This document shows positions 37,833-47,548 of a stretch of 64,000 nt of DNA, one piece after another. Position 1 is the first letter of the stretch. The number at the start of each line of letters is the position of its first letter. The translations under genes were made by a program, and so were the position numbers. The notes beneath the pieces are model-generated. The model saw nothing but the letters and a program-made list of their open reading frames with translations, did not search any database and was not told the DNA's origin. Location of the stretch: assembly GCA_051294375.1 (NCBI GenBank), contig CM119263.1, forward strand, positions 16,098,532-16,162,531, given 5' to 3'. Origin of the DNA: Paraspadella gotoi. Lineage: Eukaryota; Animalia; Chaetognatha.

Positions 37833-40800
37833 TGTTTGCGAATTTTCAATAACTGATTAAAACAGTGGTGATGCACTTTTGCCAAAGTATCACACCAAAG
37901 CATGTTTTTTCTATTGAAAAATTATTACAAACATTTTATTTCTTTACCCATTTTTGTTAGAAAACTAATGAGTATTTATTTGTTTTTTCACAGTGAAATA
38001 CATTCTACAAAAATTCTAGAAAGTTAAAAAAAAAAAGCAAGGAAACGATATTTTTGTAGGCTCAAACTCCAACTTGTTTCCATAACCACATTATTTTTAT
38101 ATCGACTCTTGCCGACGGTATTGCTCCACGGCCGTACATGTATTTCATCAAATCGAATCTCCAGACAGATCAGGTCACGCGCGATATCAGTTGGACCCTC
38201 TTTTAATCCTTCTCCCCGACACCTTTCTACCATTTTTATACCTTCTTATTTGAATCGTTCCGGTTGAGATCGACTGCGTAAGAAAGGCTGCATCTTCCTG
38301 TCGTATTTTGGTAGGAATAAATAAAAACACAAAGGCTGGATTTTTTTTTTCTTTCATTATTTTTTTCGAGTGTCCTTTCAATTTCATTGCTTTCTATTTT
38401 GTACGGAGGAAAAAAAAATATTACTTGGTTTTATCGTGAAGAATTTAAATTTTTTTCGAAGATTGTAACCAGCTGCTTGTGCCAAATTTAATAACCTGAA
38501 TTTGTTTCGATTTTTTTTTATCTCCGATCGCAACAAAAACTCATATCAAGCTTTTTAAGAATTAATCCGGAGGTTCACAGTGATTGCTAAAAAGATTAAA
38601 CAAAATTAATAACTATTGATTATTAACGTTTGTTTGGATAACTCGGATTATTAACGAATGGTAGTTCCACGAAAAAAAATGTATCAAATTGAAATTTTTT
38701 TTTTTAGATTGCCCGATTCTGCGGTACAGTGCATAATTAAATCTACAGTGGGTGATGCAAAATCTACAGTAGATAAAACAAGTAAAAAGGAGCCTCCCCT
38801 GTTTGACGTCCGTCATATGAGATGATTTCTACTTTGTGGCATAATTTAGGACAATGTCATGTCATGTCATTTTTTTCACCGATTCATGAAGGTCGTGTCA
38901 ACCTTTTCGAACCTCATATATATTTTTTGACGGTGCTGCATTGTTTTATGGCGCACAGGATATTCGACTTAGATTCAAATAAATAACCTATTGATTCTCT
39001 CTCTACAAAAAAACATACATTTAAAAAAAATTATCGAGAACATTTTTCTGGTAAAAATATCGATCCTTTTTTTTCTGTGGACGCCTTTTCTCGTCGTCGC
39101 AGATTTTTTTTAACGTATATTATTTTATAACTGGATTTATCGCCATATGTATACTAAAAGTAATATTTACTTTATTTGTTTTAAACTAATAATACGCGCT
39201 AGATTTCGATAGGAAAATATTTCGTCTTTTTTCTACAATGCGTAATTATGGCATTAATAATTGAAGTGCTAGAAGATACATTTTTCAGTTAACATCGCAA
39301 CCTTTTCCTGTCTTTCATTATTATAACCTTTTACTAGTTCTCGCTCCTTCTCATGAAAATTATTTATTTATTTGTAAAACGTCATTCATTGCTTACAACG
39401 ATGGTAATGGTTTCTATTGTATAACCAAGTAAATGTTTTTTAAGAAGCCGTATGATTATGACAGGTAGCAGTAACAACTTTCAAATACAAACTTTTTTTA
39501 ACTACGCAGATTGCTTGGGTACAGTTGGTTTAAAATTTTCGTAACCTTTTAAATGGACGCAATGACATAGTTGAAGTTGTCGTCACTGTTTATTCCTTTA
39601 CCTCGTTTGTTTCCTTAATCATTCGTTTTCTTACAGTAAAAAGTTTTGTAGTGCTCGTTTTCAAACCTCTTTGGCTTTTCACGCGAGCAATCTTTTACTT
39701 CGTGAAGAAAACGTCTGTGATAAGAGTAAACCTAAAAATTGTCGCAAATGTAAAACAGTGATTCAACGAAGCGTTTAATTTAAAAAAAAGTAATTAAGTA
39801 AGGATATTCTAATCTTTCTTATGCTTTAAGTCAATGTTATGTGCTTGAATAAAGATAAGCGTGACAACTCTACCCAAATCGCTATTTAAGACGTCATCAT
39901 GGATATCATCGTGTTTGTTAATTCGTTTCTATACCATTTTTATATTTTACAATGCGTTTGCTTTATTTACCAAACCTAATTTTTTATTGGGTGTAGATGT
40001 GACGGCATTTGCTGTTAATTTACATTTAATATTTTGAATCGTTTTTTTATCTTAATATTTTACCAAATTCAAAATTTAAAAGCCACGTTTAATTACAAAG
40101 TATATTTCCACCTGTGATCATCTGTGCTGTCATACCCATAGTTCATAATATTTATTATACATTGACAATACCATAGTGTACAGGTCGTAGTTTATATGAT
40201 ACAGTAATAATATGTGTAATATTGTAATATTATGATGTTGTTTATAATTGCATAATAAGCATCAAATTTCACAATAACAGTACTATAACCATCGAATTTT
40301 ATCATTTAAGGTTTTGAAATTATAAATAAAGTAACTATTATTACGATTTATTCTTTTTTTTTCCTATTTTTTTAAATCCAGATAAGTAGCGTAAATTCTA
40401 TTATCTAGCTGTTTCAATCCTATATTTTACAAGATATACGTATTGAACAAAAATAAACTTCAAAAGCGGATTAAAACCTGAAATTGTCTAGATATTTGTC
40501 GTAAGTTTAACTTTATTGAGAATCTAAATTAGATAAGATATAATGTTTGCCAAAGGTGTCCGTTAGAAAATAACAAACAGATAAATATCGCGAATATCCA
40601 CGATTAGGGGAGGCAATGAGTTTCTGGTTCCTGGTTCTGGTTTTAATAACGCGCGGGTTTGAGAGGAAAAACAAACAAAAAATGTTTGCGCTGATATTTG
40701 TTTGATCACGACTTCCTGTTCACCTCATCACTTGGCTTCTCGAAGACGGACAGAATTTTCCGCTGGCGCTGCCATTTTTTTTCGCTTAGTCATTATAGGC

Positions 40801-40863
40801 TTATTTCGAAATCTAATCGAACAAATTGAATATGATGGAACATTTACTTTAATATATATTGAA

Positions 40864-43800
40864 ATGATGGAAAACTCAAGCCTCTTTTCAATCGCAGAAG
40901 AAGAGGTACTGTCCGAGTGATGATTATGATGAGATGAGATCGAAATTTTGTAAGTACCAAAAAAAAAACGTGAAGAACGTGAAGAACTAACTAAAACTTA
41001 TTCTGCTCATTTATGCTTACCAAAATTATTATATCGAAAGTATCATAAATATCGTAAATTAATCAATAATCATGGTTTCCAGGCGCAAGAAAGAGATTGG
41101 TCGGGTCACGAAGAATTCTTGCGGAGCGTTGCCATGGGGATTGCGATTTTTGGAACTATTGGTGGGTGAGGTTACTCGTAAGGAAATGGCCACTTGGGGG
41201 GGAGGGGAAAGCACAAATTGTAACTTGGCTGTCGAAATTAAGTCTTTTCACCAATCAACTTTTTTTTTTATGTTCGTCCACTCACCCTACACCCTCGACC
41301 GCCAATAGGTAACGCCATCTCCTTCGTGGTTTGGGTAAGGATCTCGCGCTCCCCCACCTCCGTCAACGCCAATCGACGAGGCTCAACTGGTTGGGTTTAC
41401 CTCGCCACTCTCTCCGTCTCCGACACACTTACCCTCTGGACCTACGTGCTCGCCTCGTTCACGTTTTCCGGGTAAGTAAAATTCGACTGATCCTTCCTCG
41501 AGGATATTTTCCATTTTTTGCTCGAAGGGAAAAACGTATTGCCATTTTTCGTTTTGTTGACAAGGTATTTGGAATGCCCCAAAGTCAAAGTTTCCGGCGA
41601 CGCATGTCGATTTATTTATTTTTTCCTCAACGCAACATTTATGTACTCTTCGTTCGTGGTCGTCGCTATGACTACGGGTGAGAATTACAGGGTTTTTTTT
41701 TTCTTGGTACAATTCTCGGTATATTTTTGTAAATTTTTGTAAATTGATCTTTCGGTGTTTTCTCCTTTCTTTCTATGCAATTTAACCTTCTCTCGTTTTT
41801 TTCTTTTCCTTTCTTCCTTTCTTCCTGCCTTTATCCCTTTTTTTCTTTTCTTTTCGGCTCAACCGTAGATCGCCTTCTATCGATTCTGCGTCCCTTTCGT
41901 CACCTCGAAAATCACGTTCGATCTTGGAGAATTCTCTTGGTTGGCATCTTCGCTGTCGCCGCCATTTGGTGAGCAAAGTTTAGAATAATCAATCAATCTT
42001 TCAATCAATTAATTAGTCAATGCAACATTAAACCCAAAAATCAAATGCTTCACAAAATAGATTTTAGACGATACAATCAACTCAATCAATCGATCAATCT
42101 AGCGTTCCGCCATCGTTGTACGCATTCGCCGATTCGGACGGGCTCTGCTTCTACCCTCGACGTGAGACTCAACAACCGCTGGGATTTCGTCTCGACGAGA
42201 ACGAGACCTGCTCCAAAGAGGAAGAGGAGGTGGGTTCGAGTCTCGGGGGCTGCGCCGCTCTCCCTTCCCTCCCGGCCTCCAAGTGTCTCGATCTCGCGGC
42301 GCTAAATTCGACGACGGCGGCGCCGGAAAACTCAGGATTAGGCGGCGTCGGCGCCGGTTTCGAAGTTCCTCAATTGATCTACATTTACGACATGGTCATT
42401 CTTAACGTTTTCTACGCTTTTCTACCCATCGTGCTCGTCTGCTCGCTAAACGCCGTCGTAAGTCGTTTGGTTTTTATTGTTTAGTTTGAATGTTTGTTTT
42501 GCTTCGTTTGTTAGTTTTTTCATTCATAATAACGAGGCCTATGTAAGTTACAACAGATTTGTTTTGCTTTTCCAGATGATAACTCAGTTGGTGAAGAACG
42601 AGCGCGATTACCATGCCAATTCGTTAGACGCTCTCTGCACCGTCAGTACTTTCGGGTTGAACAGACGAGGTAAGAAATGTGATTTCAAGAAGAAAGAAAA
42701 CGTTTTAAACATTATTCCAAAGGCATCAATTCTTTTGTTTGTCCCAGTTTTCCCTCCGTATCAGAGAGAGATGCGCCTCTTTCGGGCGAGCGCGGTTCTG
42801 CTCAGCATCTCCGTCACGTTTGTTCTCCTCGTTCTGCCCTGGTGCGTCGTACAGGTACTTTGAATGTCACCATGTCAGTCCTTAAAAATTGAGGAGGTAA
42901 GTCGCCTCAGGTTTATGAGTGCGTCTTTCGGAAACATTTACGCACGAAATTGAGTAATGTCACAGTTAAAAAGCTGTGACTCTTTATTTCACTATACGGT
43001 CTACAATATTTGATAGAGTTATGCGCAACGCGCCGAGGATAGCCCTGGTGATACCCGCGGGCGCGGGGTATCTCACCAACTGGCCGTAGGGGGCTGCGGA
43101 CCCTCAGTGACCGCCTCCTGTCATGCATGTTTTATTACCGGCCCGTCAATTAGCCAGAACCGGGATACCCAGGGATGAACCGGGACGCCACGGATGGCAA
43201 TGAGATGATTTTAGCCTGCCTTCAGCATGAGACGAAGGGCTGAGGACGGACTGCGTCAGCAAGCTTTAAGTCTTGCTGCCACAGGATCCCCCACCAGGCT
43301 TCTCCACAGGGCCTTCAACCTGAGGAGATGTTCTGAGAGAAGTTTTGATCTCATTGCCATTAGTGAGAGCAGGCGGTGCGCGGCGCGACCGAGCGAAGGC
43401 GAGCGATCTGGGCGTACAGAGAATAGGGCATAGGCGTGATATGCATACCCTAAGCGTGTTCGATAATAGGGTCTCACCATGTATGGCAACGGCGGAGCGA
43501 AGCCTGTTGCATACCGGGGCGCGAGTATCTCACAACTGAGCCCGTAAGGGGCTGCCGGGACCCTCAGTGACCGCCTCCTGTCACTGGGCATTTTATACGG
43601 CACCGTCACATTTAAGCAGAACGGGCATACCCACGGATTAGAACCCGGACGCACGGATGGAATGAAGATGATTTAGGGCCTGCTCAGCCATTGAGACGAG
43701 GACTGCAGCGACGGACAGCAGCTGAGGCAGCTTTAAGTCTTGCTTCCACAGAGTTGTTTTTTTTTTTTTATAAATTCGACGTTGTAAGCGGAACCAATGA

Positions 43801-46695
43801 AAAAAAAAGGAATATGAGGTGAAAAAGGGTGGAAAGAGAAGATGCGTCCAGGCGAAATACTGAAGAAAATTGTTCAAAGTCAGGGGCAAGATAGCTAATT
43901 TATTAAATGAATGGATTAATGCAAAAGCCGGGATGCACTGTGATGGCCATTGGTATGGGGCATCTCACTGTTGCTTTGGGGGCTTTCGACCCTCAGTGCA
44001 CATCCAGTCACTGGCGCGGCTACCTCGGATGAACTCGCTTTGCCAACACAGGGAAGTCGTTAGGACTGTGGATGGAACCCAACGCCTGGGATGGTGTGTG
44101 TTCCCCCTCTGAGCCTATGAATTCGGCTGAACGATGGTGGACGTGAGGCGGTGTGAATATCCGCAACAGGATCATTTTTATATTGGTTGTACCAATTTCA
44201 TTGAAATATTAATTTGTAAATGAAAAAAAAAGGAATTAACTACAGTCGTGAACATAGTTCAGTCGGAGACTGGTTTAATAAAAGGTAATTTAATTAAATC
44301 ATGTTTAAAAATCAAATTCATGGCATGAAATACGTAAGCAGGAAACAAACGAGAAAGACAGTGTCACGAACAAACCAAACAACTTAAGTGGATTGCGAAT
44401 TGTTGGCCCGGGTTGGGGATGGGGTTCTTATTATAATTTAACCGTTAACTCTCAACGAATCCTTCTGTTTTCCGAAATTCCCACCCCCACCCTCCCCGCG
44501 ACCGAAGGAACGAAGAGCGCCTTCAGACTTCAGACTGTCAGATGAGTCTGAAGTTCTTAAATTCGCCGATGGTCTTTTTCCATTCGTCGCCCATCTTCTT
44601 AGGTTTGATGTTCATCGTCCAGGTTCCGTAGTCTCCCTCGGCGATTAGCACGTCGTTCCACGGCTTCGGATCCGATCGGAAACGCCTCTCGCTCCCGGGT
44701 TTCCCGCTGATGATGGCGTCGAAGCTGATGGGGAGACAAAGGAGGATCGAAGTTGATCGCAGATTTTGAGGCGACGGAAATAAAAACCAAGGATCAACCT
44801 GGCGTTCTCTCTCGTCGTCCAGCCGGCGTTGGCCCAGCTGATGGTCACGTTGAGATTCAAAGCTTCGTTTCTGTAGAAAACTTTTCCCGCCGGAGCCACG
44901 GCCGTGCCCTCCCGACCGCTGACTGAGAATCGTCCGATGGCTGATGACGAAAGATGACTCGTTGATCGATATTTGTTTAAAAAGATTATCATTCATAATA
45001 CTATTTAAAAAAGTATTTATATTTGTTACGACATATAAGTTATTACATAATATAATCGTGTTAATGATCAATTATCAAAATTAATTTTATCCCCATCTGA
45101 CTTTCTTCCTTCATGTCACTCACAGTGAGCGTCTATCTCCTCTGGTGGTTCGAATCCTTCCACTATTTTTCCGCAAGTCACTTGAAACCCCTGTAAAGTA
45201 GATTCAATTCTGAATTTCGAGATTTTAGAATCACGCTAGGTAATCAAACCGATAAAAGTTTTGACCTAAGTAGTAACGTCAACGGTTTCCTCGCCCAACC
45301 TTATGATCGCATTCTAGTCCGCAGGACTGCGACATATCCAGATGCAGCGGGAAATCCGTGTTGTTCGTGACGACGATGTCGCAGCGGTGAGGCGTTCCGC
45401 CGCCGACGACACAGGCGTTGCCCATCCTTCTTGGTTTTTTTTTTTACGATCCTCTTTCGATCGCCCGATTTAGATTGTGATTTCACAGAGTTTTAGTATT
45501 TGTTTTCGATCCTGAGATTGACTGCCTTGCACCTCTTTTTTTTCTTTCTTTTTTTTTCGACGCGGGATTTTTAAATGGACTTCCCTTGTAATCTGAGTCG
45601 ATTTTTTTTCATTATTCACCTCCTTGATCAAAATCTACAGCTTGTTTTTTCTTGATTTAAGCAAAGATTTGTGGCTGAATTTTCTCTTTTTTTTCTATAA
45701 AATAGCAGGTTCGTTTCAAGAATAATCATATGGTTGGTTCGGTCGAAGATTTGATCTTGTTTTTGTAGCCAGGAGAATTAAAGATAATCACAAATACATC
45801 TGGTGTTGAATGGATGATATATCTTAAGTTTCGGTAGTTTGAGCTGTAGTGGTTGGAGTCGGTCGAGGGTCGAATTGCAGCTGATGCGCTGACGAAAAAC
45901 CAGAAGCTCCTTTTTCTCGATCCTATTTTTAAGATTAGATTTCGTGTTTAAAATTTTGAAAGAAACCGATTCCCCAACCTTTTTCTTGAACAATTTATTA
46001 CAAGAATTAATTTAATTACAAGAAACTCATGTAGGAAAATTAAAATATTTGAATATAGCAGAATCGGGAAAAAAATGTTATTTAATTTTTTTTTTTTTTC
46101 TATTTTCGGAGGCAATTTACCTGGCATCGCCGCCGGTGACGAGAACGACGGCATGGAGAACGGCGGATCACGTGACTGACATGTTGAATCTTGTCAACTC
46201 TGCCATCAATTTCGTTCTTTACTCCGTCTCCGGGAGGAAGTTCAGGTGGGAGACCTTTAACCTTTGAATTCGGTTAGTCCGTGAATAGTTTAGAAAAACG
46301 ATCCCTGTTCGGCGTGTTCTCGAGTATAGTAGTCGTTTTTAAAAAGACACTATGGGTCACATCCGCGGTTTTTACTGAGACGAGAATACTGCGTACAACC
46401 TCTTCCGTAATCAAAATTATTAGAATTTAATAATTAAGATAGCTCATACTTATTTAAATGCAGGCACGCGACGAAGGAGGTGTGGGAAGAAGCGATCGAG
46501 CACTTGAACAGCTTTATTAGGTCAGCGATCCCAGAAGGACAAAGGACCGGAAGTCAAAAAACTCAAACGACGAGGACGACGATCACGACCATTATAAGAA
46601 CGACGACGACGACGATGACGACGACGACGACAGAGATGAAGAACCACAGTTTCGACGTTGTCGAGATGAACGAATTGGAGAAGATAAAGTATTAA
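40864..46695 (+). CDS. Class A peptide GPCR (FMRFamide / sex-peptide receptor-like orphan), multi-exon
   Basis: TM1 GN (41309), TM2 YLATLSVSD, TM3 CRF...AMTT|DRLLSILRPF, TM5 FLPIVLVCSLN, TM6 ASAVLLSISVTFVLLVLPW (to 42853), TM7 LNLVNSAINFVLYSVSGRKFR (to 46245), last exon 46464-46695. Confidence 0.88.
43020..43750 (-). mobile_element. Complete non-coding miniature LTR retroelement (TRIM / retrozyme-like), subfamily B
   Basis: Direct repeats 43020-43283 and 43482-43750 around a 198-bp core, with TSD GAGT (43016-43019 / 43751-43754). On the minus strand the LTRs run TGTGG...CATA. A PBS-like TGGTGAGACCC starts 2 nt after the 5' LTR, a purine-rich GGAGAAGCCTGGTGGGGGA precedes the 3' LTR, and TATAAAA lies in the 5' LTR. 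Confidence 0.8.
43917..44168 (-). mobile_element. Solo LTR of the TRIM-like family, subfamily A, inserted into a dispersed repeat
   Basis: TAATGCAA...CCGCAACA with TSD GGAT (43913-43916 / 44169-44172). It splits a repeat that is uninterrupted at 58487-58574, 55196-55285, 51165-51219 and 60095-60157. Confidence 0.8.
44538..45425 (-). CDS. Nested 4-exon gene, 173 aa, aegerolysin/actinoporin-like beta-sandwich protein
   Basis: Exons 45425-45300, 45190-45124, 44940-44799 and 44724-44538 are all GT-AG and phase-consistent (522 nt). Protein: MGNACVVGGGTPHRCDIVVTNNTDFPLHL...TCGK...PPEEI...FSVSGREGTAVAPAGKVFY...VTISWANAGW...FRLI*. The gene model is solid; the family call is by eye. Confidence 0.8.
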
Positions 46696-47548
46696 ATAAT
46701 CGTAGACGTGAAATAGTTAACTGTTTAGTATTATTCTTTTGAAAATTGATTCTCTCTTTTTGATCCTTGACTAGCGATTCTCAAATCTTTTCGTTCCGTA
46801 AAGTGAACAAATAAATATAAATACAATGAAATTTTTTTCTCCCTGTTGATGCTTTTATTAAAAAGAACTTCGCGAAAATTAATTTTAACTCTTTATTTGG
46901 ACATAAGTACAATTACAAAGACAACGTGTGGCCCTTTTCTGGTACTGGAGAACCTATATTGGTTACTACAAAAGCTAATGACTATTGAATTCAATTACTT
47001 ACAAACATTGATTTAAACATCAATTAATTACGAATTAATTATCATAATTTTCGTGTGTGACAAATGTATCGATGGTAACATAACCGTTGGCAGAGGTAAA
47101 CCTACTAGCATGCGACGCTCACAGCATCTCGGAAATCCATTAAAGTTGTTTCATTTTAAATTCTCATTCGATTATTTAAGTAGTCTATCGACTTCCTAAG
47201 TAAGCAAAAGACACAATACATAATACATAAGCTAGAATAATCGTCTAGATTTTACCACAAAAACTTGACAAAAATAGGTGAATAAAATGTAACTAACGAA
47301 TAACGATATCAGACCCATGAAGAAATCACTGTGATTCTAATGTCACGTTTACAAAATTCATTAAGTGACGGGATTATTTCAGATTGGATCGATCAGAAAC
47401 GTCACAAACGGCTAAGACCACCTCTGAAAAGTATCTGTGAAAAATAATACAATTGTGATTTCATAACAACTCTAAAAAAATTAAAAATTAAAAAAGAATT
47501 CTTACCTATTCTTCAAATAAGTTAAACAGTTAAACGAATCAAATAGTC

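Noticed and set aside
43400-43479. tRNA gene ending GTTCGA...CCA
   Set aside because: No cloverleaf or A box upstream, and the spacing is off. Better explained as the antisense of a PBS.
43227-43654. ORFs within the miniature LTR element
   Set aside because: No gag/pol motifs, and the frames are not conserved between the two LTRs.
43978-44000. Minus-strand CTGAGGGTCGAAA as a minimal hammerhead
   Set aside because: It lacks the conserved A9 and stem II, and the GAAA is not kept in the other three LTR copies.
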